Shown here piece after piece: positions 1 through 14,077 of a DNA stretch of 64,000 bases. Every line of letters begins with the position of its first letter. The first letter of the stretch is position 1. The notes beneath the pieces are model-generated. The model made no database searches and had not been told where the DNA came from. It saw only the letters and a list, made by a program, of their open reading frames with translations. The stretch is taken from NCBI GenBank assembly GCA_025201805.1, contig MU619261.1:65593-129592 (forward strand), in the 5' to 3' direction. Position numbers and translations under genes: made by a program. This DNA comes from Parasitella parasitica NRRL 2501. Its lineage: Eukaryota; Fungi; Mucoromycota.

Positions 1-2025
1 GAATGCCCCAATGCCTTCAAGACAATGTGCCGCGACCAAGTCTCAGCACTTGCAATTGGTCTTGCTGGTCTTGGTTGCCTTTTGTTTAGAGTAACTTTTC
101 CCTGCTTCGACCCAAACCCCACCACTGCCAAGCGCATACAATTCAACAATTTAGCCCTATCTTTTTTGTACAGAAAACAGATACTGGGCTCGCCTTTCGA
201 TGGAGGCAATACTCTTTGAAGGTTAGTAAAGAAATATAAAACGTGGATATAACTCAATATTAATCGAGCGCTGCATCTTTGACTTTGACCTTTTAATACT
301 ATTGGGTAAGTGACATTCCCACTTATAAATTGTTTATAGAAAGTAACCAGAATCATCTGTTTCTTCTTTCGGGAATTTAGCTTGATATACCGTTACAGTA
401 TATATATATCATAGGCCAAGAGACTACTCAGTGTAATTTGGTAAATTATATAATACATCATCAGTGTGATTTGTTGAATTGTGCCTGGATTCGACATTTC
501 GTGAAAGTGAACTGATAATTTTCAACAATATGATTTGAGCCAACTCTGAATCATTTTGTATACGATACTGTAGTTTGGGCTGATCGGTGAGTGGCTACAT
601 GAGCTGTATATTGCATGATGAACATTTCAAGATATCATCTTCTCTTATATCCTGCAAATTGCTCATACGAGATACACCAAGATTACGTACATCAGAAAGT
701 AATCATTATTTGTTTGAAATCTAAAATGCCCTACTAAAAGTGCTACCTGCTATTAATTTATTATACGTAGGCGAACGCATAAAGACATATTTTCAACAAC
801 ATGTGCACCTTACATGTATTTATATTGTACTTGGTAAATAAAATAGGAGAAGTTCACATTATGCGTTAACCCTGAAAATACTCTATAGAGTAGCATCTAA
901 GAAAGGCTGATACGCATTAAAATGAAAGCTCGATACATCCATACATACATTAAAAAACATGATTTTTCCCCTCAGTTGATGATGAATTAATAATCGAGTG
1001 AAGGCCCTTGAGATTTATTGCCATTTGAAAAATAGGGAATGCACGCAAATATACCAGATACTACAATATATATAAGTATTGCGACATGCAAATTATGCTT
1101 AAGCTTTACAGGATTATGCATGTTTATTTCAATTCCCTTGAGCTGCTTAAGAGCGTGGCTCAAATCTAATCGAAGGTTAGATGAAAATGGCAACTTTCAA
1201 GTAAAGAGATCATTTACTTAATTTTTCGATCGATGACGACAGGGTAAACCAGCTGGTGAGTGATTCAATGTTTTGTTTCCCCTTGATTTGTGCTTTTGAT
1301 CGGACACTTTTTAAACGTCGTATACATACATTAGCTTTATTAGATATTATAATTGTCGATTACTTTTAAAGTTTGTTAATATACATGTGCAGTTTCAGAA
1401 TGAGACATGTACATTGATCAAAAGAAGGCAAAAAATAAAAAAACTAGGCTGCTAATGGTGGAATCACACGCATTCAAATGTTGTTATAGTGGCGGCATCA
1501 CCATGAGTGATCCTTTTTTTTTTATACATTGTAATAGCTTGCATATAGATCTTAATAAAGACAATCATCATTACTCATACATGAATACCCATTTTCATGT
1601 TACACTGAGGGGCGGATAGAGAGGGGGGGTTAAGTTTAATGTGTAGACATAAAATGACTTTTTGACAGAGGTAGTTGACAAGCATTTGAAAAAATAAATA
1701 ACAGAGGAAGGTGCTATGCAGACAAAAAGAAAACAGCCCTGATATTGGTTAGTTCAGGTTGTAGCCCTTTATGCAACTCCTTTTTTGTTTTTCGTTTTTG
1801 TTTTTACAATAGTTGATCACTTTTTTCCCCCTTTCTTTTGACAGCCTATTCTTGAGTTTACTGAGCGGTAAGACCCTCAGGAGCCCTTTTTATGTTTTGT
1901 GTGATACTTAAAGTGTGAAGAAGGATGTTCTACACATGTCCCTTTAATTTTCTAGTATAAAAAGTCTCATTTACTTTTTCCTCTTCTTTTACTATTTTAC
2001 TTTATCAGTTTTTTGCTTGCAAATA

Positions 2026-2595
2026 ATGGACATCAAAAATTTACTCTGCCATACTACACAACGCTATAACGAGGAGGAATATGAAAAGGAGGTCTTTGAG
2101 TATTGCCCTTCATCGCCATCGTCGTGGTCAAGTGCTTCATCCAAATCATCAATTGACTCGCCCATACTATCACCTATAACACCTTCTCCTATCAACACAG
2201 GCGCATTCCGAAAGAAGCAGCACCAAACACGAACTCCATGGACATCTTCCGAAGACTATCTGCTAGAAAAAGGGTATTTGCAAGGTTTATCTTGGGCAAT
2301 GATATCTTCAAAGTATTTGCCTCATCGGTCTCGCGGCTGCTGCTGGGGTAGATTCAAGACATTGCAAACAAAATGCAACGAAAAGAAGAATTGGACAGAA
2401 TCCGAAGATCGAGTTTTGCTGGGTGCTATAAAGAAACAGACTCGGCTGTTCAAGCAAGCTTGGAGATCAGTCGCACTTGACTTGAATGACAGAGATTGGA
2501 GAGAATGCGAGATAAGATCTGCTCGTATATCAGGATTGATAGTACAACGACAAAAACAACAAGGACAACAAGAACAACAACAACGACAAGATTAG
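2026..2595 (+). CDS. Myb/SANT-domain transcription factor (two Myb repeats, Q-rich C-terminus)
   Basis: Single-exon ORF with Myb repeats PWTSSEDYLL..GLSWAMIS..LPHRSRGCCWGRF and NWTESEDRVLL..WRSVA; ATG at 2026. Confidence 0.85.
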   Translation: MDIKNLLCHTTQRYNEEEYEKEVFEYCPSSPSSWSSASSKSSIDSPILSPITPSPINTGAFRKKQHQTRTPWTSSEDYLLEKGYLQGLSWAMISSKYLPHRSRGCCWGRFKTLQTKCNEKKNWTESEDRVLLGAIKKQTRLFKQAWRSVALDLNDRDWRECEIRSARISGLIVQRQKQQGQQEQQQRQD

Positions 2596-3113
2596 CTGTA
2601 TATACCAACACACTCATGTTTCGCCAGCGAAAAATGAGCATATGTTATTTCATTGTTTACAATTGAATATCATATACTACCAACACATATATTTTCTTTC
2701 TCCTTTTTCTTTTGCTTCTCCCCAACAACTTTCTATATTGTTTATGATTTTTTTTCCGGCTTTCCCTTTCCCTCCCTAGAGAGCTACGCAGCACATTAAC
2801 AAAACCCAAAAAAAAATTACACATGTAAGAGCTCTTTTTTTTTTTTTTTTTTTTTTTCACGAAAAGAGACGCTATATTCATATGACATTAATTTAATACT
2901 ATACTACATTCGTTTTGATTTTTTTTTTCTTTTTTTTATTTACACCGTATTCATATAAAATAGCGTGCTTATTTTATAACATAATAGTATCATGGATCAT
3001 CAATTCTCGGTAATTTTGGCATCGTAAAGTTAGATTCAATTAAAATCATCCCGATATTAAACATAGTGGGTGTGTGCTCCCTTTTTTTTTCCTTTTTTTG
3101 CCTGTTATTACAA

Positions 3114-6100
3114 ATGATCATGATTGGGAGGTATTTAGTAATCATTACACTCAGTATACTCTCCCTGAATTCTGTACAATGCCATATTCAGCACTATAAA
3201 CGTAAAGAAGACTTGACTGAGTTCACTCTAGCCTCATGTGGTATAACGCCAACAATGCCCAAGAAAAGACAGCGCATTGCATTTATCTCGCATGAATCTG
3301 CTATCGCCACTTTTTTTCATAACCCAGAACAAGGCTCACGGGATGCTGCAAATCTTGTTGATGTCGACGTAGAGTGGAACCACTACTTGGCCAAATCAGA
3401 ATCCAAGATGGCACAAGATATTCATGATGCAGTCAACAAGGTAGGCCCAATTGCTTGCTGCTACTGCTGCTACCATTGTTGTATCGATCAAAATTTAACA
3501 TTGAAGCAGGGGATCGATGGTATTATTACCTCTATACCGAACGATTCAGTGTTTCAAGCTGTCGAATATGCAGTAGCAAAAAATATACCAGTCATTGTAT
3601 TTAATACAGGCCTTGATTATGCCAGACAGCTGGGCTTGACTCGAGTCTTGCAAGATGATGTTGAAGCGGGGAATATGCTGGGTGAAGAGCTATACAATGC
3701 TAATTTCTCAAAGCCATTAGCAGTGCAACTATCATCCCTTGACGACTACACAAGCAAGCGCAGAAGACTAGGCATTGAGCAGGCCATAGGCTATAGTCCT
3801 ACCGTGTTAAAGATATACGAAGCATCGAATATGAGTGCAGTGAACAGACCAGTGCAGCTTGTGCGCGATGCTTTTTTATCAAACGCAGGTGCGTATGACT
3901 CGATTATTTCGCTGGGAGGATCAGTAAGTTCAAGGGGTCTGTGCAAATTCATGCTTGGGCTGCATACTAATACTCCCAGATTTACGACTTAGTCATGCGC
4001 AGATATTGTTGCAGCTTCAGTTTTAAGCCTGAAACGTGATTCTGCTTCACTAAATATAGCATCCGCTTTTTTCGATGTAGGTGGAGTGAATGTATCTGCG
4101 CTGTTTCGATTGGAAAGGAATACCTTTGCAGTGACACAACTGCCTTATTATCAGACTGCTTTGCCCGTATTCTACATATACTTGAGAGTAAGATGTGAAC
4201 GTAAATACAAATGATGAGCTTATATAGACTCTGAAAAAAAAACACTAGCTGCTGACTGGGCAAGATGTATATAGAAACCAAACCATCAAGACAGGCCCTA
4301 ATCTCGTCACCAATGCAACACTATCCTACTTTATGCAGAACGAAGCAAACTCGCTGATGTCCATCAATGACAAATCGGGGTCTATAGGCGCACTTGTTCC
4401 ACATACCCGAGGAGACACATATAATGCAGCTATGATGGCTGGCGTTACGAATCTTGCTCAAAAACTAAACTGGACAGTATACAATCCTAAAGAGGTATTT
4501 AAGTCCATGCTGTTTGCATACCAAGATAGCAGCTTACTAAAACGAAATGAGCGAGCAGGAAGGCTTGTTGGTGTCTGCTGAAAAAAATAAAAAAAACATC
4601 GACTTTTTCGTTAATAAGGGCGTGGACGGCATACTGGTGCAATCCAGTAGCAATCAGGTCTTGGAATATGCCAATAATGCAGTCGCCAAAGCCAAGAATG
4701 CAGTGGGCGTTGTGGCATTGGGTTCATTTTTCGAAAAACACAATACATCATACTCGTAATGTAGTTGGAGAATACAACCACGTCAAGCTGTAAAACTGAT
4801 ATACTTCTTTTTTTTTTTTTTTGTATTGCTTGTACAGACATCTGTCCAATGTAGCGCTTGATATGGTAGATTTATCGAAATCTATTGCCAACAAGATAGC
4901 TGCTGATGGCAAGACCAGGCCTGTCTGCATTACAGAACGATCTACTCAAGTGGCAAGTCCATTTTGTCATTATTTTTACGAAGCTTATCAGCAACTGCAG
5001 GGCAACAGTGCTGCGGCGACGGCAGACCAAGTGGTGAAATCTGTCAACGTCTCCTATCCTGGCGCTATGGAGAACGAGTTTATGACAATCATTCAAAGAC
5101 TATATGAAGACGATTCTTACGAACCCGATAGCTTCGTTACTTTTTCAGAATATGTGTTTACAATTATCAATAGTGTAAGCTTATGCCCAAGGCTTATTAC
5201 GAAGTTTACTAACTAGGTTATTAGCGAATTTTGAAAGGATACTTGGACAACAACACCATGTCTGTCTACACAGCAGGCGAATTATTCGACCAGAACCAAG
5301 CCTATCTAGAAGGTCGGGTCAAAGGGTTATGGGCTACCAACATGTTCTCAGTTGGCTTCATGTCATTACTTCATATAGTATTCAACAAAATGATAGATTT
5401 TCCTTCTTGGGAAGGTGCATTGATTTCAACACCATACATAAAAAATATCTGCGATCCAGGAACATATCATTCCAATTTCACAACTACTGCATACTGCCAA
5501 GACTCCGATGGCCAGATTCAAAAATCAATTCAATGTATACAATGCCCTGAAAATATGTACACTGACTTGCCTGACCAAGATCAATGCAAAGCATGTGCAT
5601 CTGGTTATTTTTCATTACCTGGATCATTATCATGTACCTCTTGCTATGATAAATCTGATAACATCACCATTAGCGCCATCAACAATAGCTGCTTGGCGTT
5701 CCTTGGTAATCAGTCTGCTGAAAAACGTCAATTATTCATGTCAATTTTTATACCTATTGGGGTTGTACTAATCTTGCTTGCTGCTGGATTGTTATTTCGA
5801 TACGCAAGAAAACACTGGTTGATACAGCGTACTTTGGGCGGTGATAAGGATTGGCTACTCTCCTTTAACGAGCTGGTCAAGCCGCCAATCCACAGGCTAG
5901 AAAGCAATGATGATGGAGATAAAACTACTCAGAATACACCATTATGGAGACCGAGAGAAACAAGTACTCCTGTCATGGCTGCAAATGATTGGAATTCTTT
6001 TCACAAAGTAGGGGAAGGAGGCACTACTGCTCGAAAAGCAAATAGTGCATGTTACAGTAAAGAAGTTGAAAGAACAATAGCATCTCCATACAATGGATCA

Positions 6101-9100
6101 CGATCTGACACTGATCTACATGTCAATGAGACCCACCGTCATCAAGGAGCAAGGGACGAAGGAGGAGAAAGAAGACGAGATGATGGAGGAGTAATGTCGG
6201 GAGGGGGAGAAGCTGCAGAGGAAGGGGTATTCGGATTAAATGCATTGTCTTTATCGTCTGCAGCTGCTGCAACAGGCCTAGTAGGAGGATCATTAGTCAC
6301 TCATAGCAGCAGTAATCGAAAATCAGGAGCAACTACGGCAACGTTAGTAGGAACCCATGGTAGAGTAGACGATAAATCGATGGGCGTAAAGCCGGAATTT
6401 TTACACGCCCTTGGATTCCAGTAGGTTTCTCTACATTGAAATGTAATCTTTTTCTTTTTTTTTCTTTTTTTTACCCACCTTTATGCTTTTATAGTCGAAA
6501 CCTACCGGTCTATATCAAACAGATTGGTCATAAGAAAGTGCGTATAGACAGCAATTTACGTAAAGAAGTGTCGTTGATAAAAAATGCAAGACATCCAAAG
6601 CTAATCGAGTTCGTTGGGCTGATATTGGAGCCTCAACGCACATGTATTGTTGAAGGTAGCAGTTTTTCTTTTTTTGGTAACAAGGCGATGCTGTCTTACC
6701 ACTTTATTTATCTAGAACACTGTTCAAAGGGGTCTTTGGCGGATGTATTGGCCAACCCTGATATCGACCTAGCTTGGATATTCCGATTTGCTTTGATTAA
6801 CGACTTAATTAGTGGCATGTTTTAATCCCTATGTATAAAATCTCCCTAGCAAATTCTTATCATTAACTTTCATAGGGATGAGGTTTTTGCATCGATCGAA
6901 GTTTCAATACCACGGATGCCTAACTTCAGATTGCTGCATGGTCACTGGTAGATGGGAATTGAAGATTTCAAATTATGGCCTTAGGCAGCTTCGACATTCG
7001 CAGGTTGTCGACACAATAGGTTGCTCTCCAACCACATCTAAAAGAAACAATAGTCTATTCCTAAAAGATCCGTCATTGACTGATGAAAATCCTCGTGTGT
7101 TACGATCAACCGAGACGCTTTTATGGCTTGCTCCTGAATCTATAGCCACAACGCTACCAAACACCTATTTAACATATCCAAGCAAACAAGCTGATGTATA
7201 CAGGTACATATTAATGATACTTTTTTTTTGTGTTTATATCATGTAGTAAATCTATCTAAACACAATTTCAAAGTGCTGGCATTATTATAAATGAAATCTT
7301 GACAAGGGAGAAGCCTTATGCAGACAGACATCTATGTCCGGAAGATATCTTTCAAGACGTCTGTGCTATCGATCTTAGGCCTCGTATGCAGCCACCAGAC
7401 AAAGATGACTTTACGCAAGGGATGAATTCTATTGTTTCCGATTGTTTACAAACGAATCCATTCACTCGTCCAACATTTGCATCGATAGAGGTAACATATA
7501 AGCTCATCTTTTATTTCATCTGACATTCTAATAAAAAAATACGATTTAGACCCGAGTAGAGGAGCTAGATCCTTATTTCTGTGGCTCGGATTCCATGATT
7601 GATAACATGGCAGTTTTGGTATGTATACTCAGTACCTCTGTTTCCGATTCATGATTAATATTATATATATATATACATATATACATATATGTAGCTAGAG
7701 GAATATGCAAACAATATGGAGATTTTGGTGAAAAAACGCACATCGAATCTGCAGCAGAGAACACTCGAGTTGGAAGAAGAAAGGGCAAGAACAGAGACAT
7801 TATTAAAAGGTACTTTTCTGAATCAGAAGGATATGCTGATACATTATCTAATAACTTATCACAGATCTGAAATCTGCAAAGGAAGTGGCTGAAGCTGCTG
7901 CCGCATCAAAGCAAACCTTTCTAGCTAACATGTCGCATGAGATTCGAACCCCCATGAATGCGGTTATTGGCATGTCGAGAAGTTTAATGGATAGCTTAAT
8001 GGAAGGCGACTTCCATCCTGATCTTTACGATTGTGCTGAGACTATAGAGTCATCAGGTATTTATATATCACATGTGTTTGTTTTGAGCATAAAAGATGCT
8101 AAATTGTTACTAAAACGTCTATTGAAGGTAATCATTTAATGGCTCTGATCGACGATATTTTGGATTATTCAAAGATCGAATCTGGAAAATTGACACTGGA
8201 AAATAGCAACTTGGATTTAGTAAGTACATATTGCCAATAATTCAAGTGCACATATGTAAATTAACTCTTTGTCATTGATACAGACTTATGCCATTGAAAG
8301 CGCCATCAAGTTGATTTCAAATAGCTATATTAGTAAAGGTCTAGTACTATGGTATACGATCACTCCTGAATTGCCCACACATGTATTGGGAGACCTTGTG
8401 CGATTACGGCAAATCCTTTTGAACTTGTAAGTCCAGAGGGCAGCAAATGTAACGAGTACTCATTCATAATGTAATAGACTTTCAAATGCCTTTAAATTTA
8501 CAAAAGAGGGTTATGTTTGCATATCGGTTATGCCTTACCATAACAGCAGCATCAATCATCCTGATGAAAGCACTGACGTTCCTGACGTCTCAACGCCTCT
8601 TGGAATCAGCCCGAACTTTAGAGATGATAATTTTGACCGTGAAAGTTTGGTCACCTATTTGTTTTCTGTGAAAGATACCGGCATGGGTATACCTTCAGAG
8701 AAAACAAACAAGCTATTTAAATCATTTTCACAAGTGGATGCTTCGACAACTCGCAATTTTGGAGGAACGGGTATGCAAACGCGATATGTTCGTACTAACC
8801 CGTCAGACTAAACTTTGCACATCAGGGCTTGGTTTGGCCATCAGTAAAAAGCTCTGTAAAATCATGGGAGGCGACATGTGGGTGGAATCAGAGGTTGGAA
8901 AGGGATCTACCTTCTTTTTCAAGATTGATTTGCAAAAACAAGCCGAATCTCTTACTTACAGCAACGAAAACCGTTTGCTTGAATTATCAGCTGCATGTCC
9001 TCGACCTCTGTTAATAGCAGAAAAAGAGACCATTAGGCTGAAATGGAATTCAATATTAAATAACTTTGGCATACGAAGCCAGACTATTATGGCTATCGAT

Positions 9101-10147
9101 GAAGCAGTGGAGCTCTTTTCAAATGCTCAGGCTCACATGGCTCATGTAGACTTCTCAATTATTATCATAGACGTGGATTTTATTACAGAAAACACGCAAA
9201 TTAATAGCACAGGTGTATTGGAAATTTTGAAGACTTGCCACAGTCTTATCAGACAAATACCAATTTTATGCGTTATTGATAATCGATTGAAAAGGCCAGA
9301 CTCTAAACAGACAGGGCAAGAAAAAGCAGAAAATTTATCCTCATCTTGCATTCAACATCCAGTCGGGTCTTTTGATCCAGTCCCTACACCCACTGAAGAA
9401 AAGTCTGATCCACTTGCCACTGATACTGCTCACACGCACCATCATTTAGCAACTGCAAACTTGGAAATGACTGAATTAGAAACGTGTCAACATGCAATTA
9501 TTACGAAACCCTTCAAAAATTCAAGACTCATTAGCATCATGCACGAGTTGTTAAATTGCGAAAAATCGCCTACAACCAAAAAACGACGACCGAACAATGC
9601 AATTCGCCGTGGCAGTGTCCAACATAAAGCCCTATCGACCTCATCATCCACTAATAATAGTCGACGAGCTAGTAGCAATCATGAAGGCACAGCGCCAGAA
9701 GAAACGACTAGCTCAATGAAATCAGAATCCTCGGACAATTTGGCCAATATAAAGACTCTTGTCGTCGATGATAACCCTGTCAATCTTAAGGTACTATCTA
9801 GAATGCTGACACAAATGGGCATCCAATCCCAATCTGCGAACAATGGCCGAGAAGCATTCGATATAGTATCCAAAGAGCATTTTGATCTAGTCTTTATGGA
9901 TATCTGGATGCCTGAAATGAACGGACTAGAAGCAGCGGAGAAGATCCGCAAAGAAGTAGCTACTTCAGAAACCCATCCATATATCATTGCATTGACAGCC
10001 TGTGTCATGCCAGGAGATAGAGAGAAATGTATCCAAGCAGGAATGAACGGGTATGTGAGTAAGCCTATACGGAAGCAGGAATTGGAGGCTTCTATTCATA
10101 CCTTTACGCAAACTGTAACAAGCACATCATCATCATCGCCCCAGTAG
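3114..10147 (+). CDS. Multi-exon transmembrane hybrid histidine kinase: signal peptide, 2x periplasmic-binding-protein-like domains, Cys-rich repeats, TM, guanylyl-cyclase-type pseudokinase, coiled coil, HisKA, HATPase_c, receiver
   Basis: Consecutive + strand ORFs joined by GT..AG introns. Motifs: [15 protein letters not shown] (PBP); CPENMY..CKACASG (Cys-rich); [24 protein letters not shown]; [22 protein letters not shown] (kinase-like); [14 protein letters not shown] (H-box); [23 protein letters not shown] (G/F boxes); [24 protein letters not shown] (REC). Confidence 0.88.
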
Positions 10148-10254
10148 AATGTGCATAAGTCACGGTTATGCAGCAGGATACCGTATAAAAGCATTGCGCG
10201 TCCCTTCATTTTTTTTTAATATTCTATCTTTCTTTTCCATAATAAAAAGCAACA

Positions 10255-13200
10255 ATGACATACTCTCCATTCAAATTAGAATCGACTCTACAAAATCACG
10301 AGCAAGATGTAAAATTTTAATGAAAATCCCCCCCCCTCCTCTTCCCTAAAACCCCTCTCATAACATTTATTTGTCTGTAGGTCAGAGCAGTGGCCGCTAT
10401 GTCAAATGATGTGATAATTTCAGCTGCTCGTGACAAGACTGTGCGCTCTTGGACTCGCATTGGCCCAAACACCTTTTCTCCTGACAAAGTCTACTTGGGC
10501 CACGGCCATTTTGTAAATGCATTGGCACTGATCAAGCCAAACCAAGATTACCCTGAAGGTTTGTTTCTGTGTTGATTGTGCCCGACTGACATGGTAACCC
10601 ACCACTGACACATCACTGACACATATTTTTATGCAGGGCTGATTGTATCTGGTGGGTCGGATAAAGTCGTCTATGTACACGATCCTAGTCGTCCTGAAAA
10701 CCCAAAATATAAGCTCATTGGACATAGTGAAACCGTAAGCGCACTAGCGACAACTCCTTCAGGTCATATTGTTTCCGGATCTTGGGACAAGTAAGTTTGT
10801 AATATTTGTTCAGCAGAGGAAATACCAATGCATGACGAATAGTAAAGCAATCGTGTGGAAAGGGTTTCAACAAGCATATGCGCTTGAAGGCCATTCTGCC
10901 TCTGTTTTGGGCATTCTGCCTATTGAAGACGATTTGATCTTGACAGGTTTGCTAGAATTGGCTAAACACATCCCCAGGAAAATTGCTCAAGTACCTTTTC
11001 CCGTTAAATAATAGCTTCCGCTGATAAATCAATTCGTTTGTGGAGAAATGGAAAACTGGTTCGTGTGTATCAAGGCCACACAGATGTTGTCAGAGGGCTT
11101 GCTTTAGTCCCTGGTATCGGATTTGTATCATGCTCCAACGACGGGTAAGTGTAGGGTTCAAAAAACGCACAACATTTGACACTGAAATATAGCCTTACAG
11201 AACTTTGAGAGTGTGGACATTGGAAGGAGAGTGCGTCCAACAGTTGTACGGCCACACATCGTTTGTTTACACTGTCGATGTTTTGAGCACAGGTGAATTT
11301 GTATCCTCAGGCGAAGACCGAACAGTTCGTATTTGGAAGGAAGGACAGAATATTCAAACTCTTCAGCAACCATGTATTTCAGTGTGGACAGTTGCTGCAT
11401 TACCAAACAACGATATTGCTATTGGAGGTAGCGATGCTGCTGTTCGAATTTTCACTCGTGAAACTGAGCGCATGGCTGCAGCAGAAGCGCAAAAGGAATT
11501 TGACGAATTGCTAGCAAGCCAGATGATTCCCTCGTAAGTACCAAGTGCTCTTGACACGGCATCGACTGATATAATAGCACAGCAATCAAATCGGCGATGT
11601 AAAGAAGGATAAGCTGCCTGGACCTGAGGCTTTACAAGCAGCTGGTAAGCAGGAAGGCCAAGTCATTATGGTTAATATGGGTGCTGCTGTAGAAGCCCAT
11701 CAATGGAATGCTCAAGATCAGAGCTGGAAAAAGATTGGCGAGGTAGTTGGCGGTAATGAATCAAAAGCAGTATTTGAAGGAAAAGAATACGACTATGTTT
11801 TTGACATTGACATTGGCGCTGGCCCCAATGGCAACCTCAAACTACCATACAATGTTTCAGGTTAGTCTCTAGTTAAAAAATATTACTCTGCAGGCGTAAC
11901 TCACATTATATTTTCACTTTTGATATAGAAAACCCATACGATGCTGCACAAAAATTCTTGATGAAAAACGGCCTCGAGCAATTTTTCTTGGATCAAGTAG
12001 CCGATTTCATCATTAAAAATGCAGAGGGTGTTAATTTAGGTAGCGGATATCAAGACCCTTTCACCGGACAAAGTAGATACACTCCTCAGTCAAATCAGCC
12101 TACTATCGGCCAAGCTTACATGGACCCCTTTACTGGTAGTGGGTCGTATCGTCCTGCCACTATCAATCCTACATCTTCACTAGGTTCTTCCACTTATTCC
12201 GATCCATTCACTGGCAGTGGCTCTTACAAACCCGGCGGAAGCGTGTCTGCCACCCCTACAGCAACATCACCATCACTAAAGCAAGCCAATGTATTGCCTA
12301 TTGTAAGTGCTTTGCTCAAAGTAATTTTAATCTGATCGTAACAATAACGCCTCACTCCCCCACCCCCCTCCCACCCGCTCCAGAAATCTTATTTAACCTT
12401 GAAGCAAGCTAATCCTGATGCCGTTGTAAACAAGATCCGCTCTCTCAACAAAGAAATTTCCGCCGAAATCAAACTTTCCGAGGAAGAACTTGAATCTTTG
12501 ACCTCCTCGGCTTTATTTCTGAAGGATCCAATGGCTTCAGGGATGACTGCCGCAAATTATGGTTCTGGTTTACTAGCTCTTATCAAGATGGCCAATGAAT
12601 GGCCTCAAGAAAAGCGATTCCCAGCACTTGATTTAATACGTCTATTTGCACTTTATGCACCTGAAAACTTGGCAGCTGCTGTATCTGAAAGAAATATTCC
12701 TGCTCTCCTGATGAAAGCTGGCGGTTTATCTGCAGATGATGTTGCACCCTTTAACGAGACAAATGCCATGTTGGCTTACCGTGGTTTAGCTAATCTTTTC
12801 AACCAAGAAGCAGGCCGTCAACTGATTTATGAGAGACGTAACATTGTTGCTGATATGATGTCGGTTGAAATTACTGGCAAATTCAAGGGCAAGAATACTC
12901 GCTTAGCACAGAGTACATTGGCAGTGAACTTTGCCGTTCTACTAACTAGCAAAAAGGAAGGAGAAGTTGAGCTTGGGTTGACTGGAACTTTGGTGGAATT
13001 GCTGAAGGATGAACAAGACGATGAAAATTTGTATAGATTTGTCATGGCCTTTGGAAGCTTAGTAAGTTGTTTGTTGTTTTTGTAACTAGCAAAAATTTAG
13101 AACGTTTTCTGCTGAATAGGTTTGTCAATCAAGCGCTTGTCGTGAAGTTGCAAATATTATGGAGGCCAAGACAGAAATTGGACGCATCCAATCGCAAAAA

Positions 13201-13257
13201 GCTGGCCAAGATCGTATGCAAAAGGCAACTGCCGAAATCCTTCAGATCCTAGCATAA
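10255..13257 (+). CDS. DOA1: Doa1/Ufd3/PLAA homolog (WD40, PFU and PUL domains), multi-exon
   Basis: WD40 repeats (GHTSFVYTV..SSGEDRTVRIW), PFU motif FEGKEYDYVFDIDI..LKLPYN..NPY, DPFTG repeats, PUL motif WPQEKRFPALDLIRL. Confidence 0.92.
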
Positions 13258-14077
13258 ATTGCCTCAACAAGACAAGTGCAATGAAAAGTAGGTACTACAA
13301 ACAGTGGAACAGTGGTATCGAATATTTTTGGTTAGTAATGAAATAAAATAAAATAAAATTGCTTGAAACGAACAATACTCGCTGTATTAAGGATTTAATT
13401 CGGTAGCAATGTCAATAACTGTGTCCCATTTTGTAAACATAATAACACATTAGTATGGAGCATATACCTATTTTCAGTTGGATTTCACTGCTAAAAAATA
13501 TTTCGTTTGGGAGTCTCAACAAAAATACATATTGTGCAAAAGTTACAATTCTTACTGCTTTTTTATACTGATGCGGTATGCACGATATTATTTATTGTAC
13601 GGAAAAAAGGATGTGTCACATTTCTAGCAAAATCACTACAGAATATCACTACTTTTTGCTGATTGCTCTGGATAGAGACATCACGCTTGCATGAAACTGT
13701 ACAGGGGAGTATAGGTAAAGTAGGCGATTACTGCACAGAATTTTGGCGGTATACGGGCTTGATTTACGCAAGTCATGGAGGATAGTATTCTGTATCCACA
13801 ATCACTGTTATCTGTTAGCTGGTTGTTCTAGATACACAGGTTATATGATCTCAAAAGCGTCTATGAACTGGTTTTCTATTTACGACAAGGCTCTTTTGTA
13901 TTCGGCCGACATCCATACTTTATTTGGCTGTTGGCGCATAGCAGTATTATTATAACCACATGTTTTCCAGATGCTGACATGTGGTCTTTTAAATAGATTG
14001 TTTTTGCTTTGAGAATGGTTTATTTTTAAGAAAGAATCAAAAAATGTCATATCTTCATGTAAATACACAACGGTTAA

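Noticed and set aside
1-219. Short ORF at the window edge, vaguely like a LINE ORF2 3' end
   Set aside because: No intact motif and truncated by the window edge; cannot be supported.
12050-12220. Three DPFTG repeats
   Set aside because: A normal feature of the Doa1/PLAA linker; not novel.
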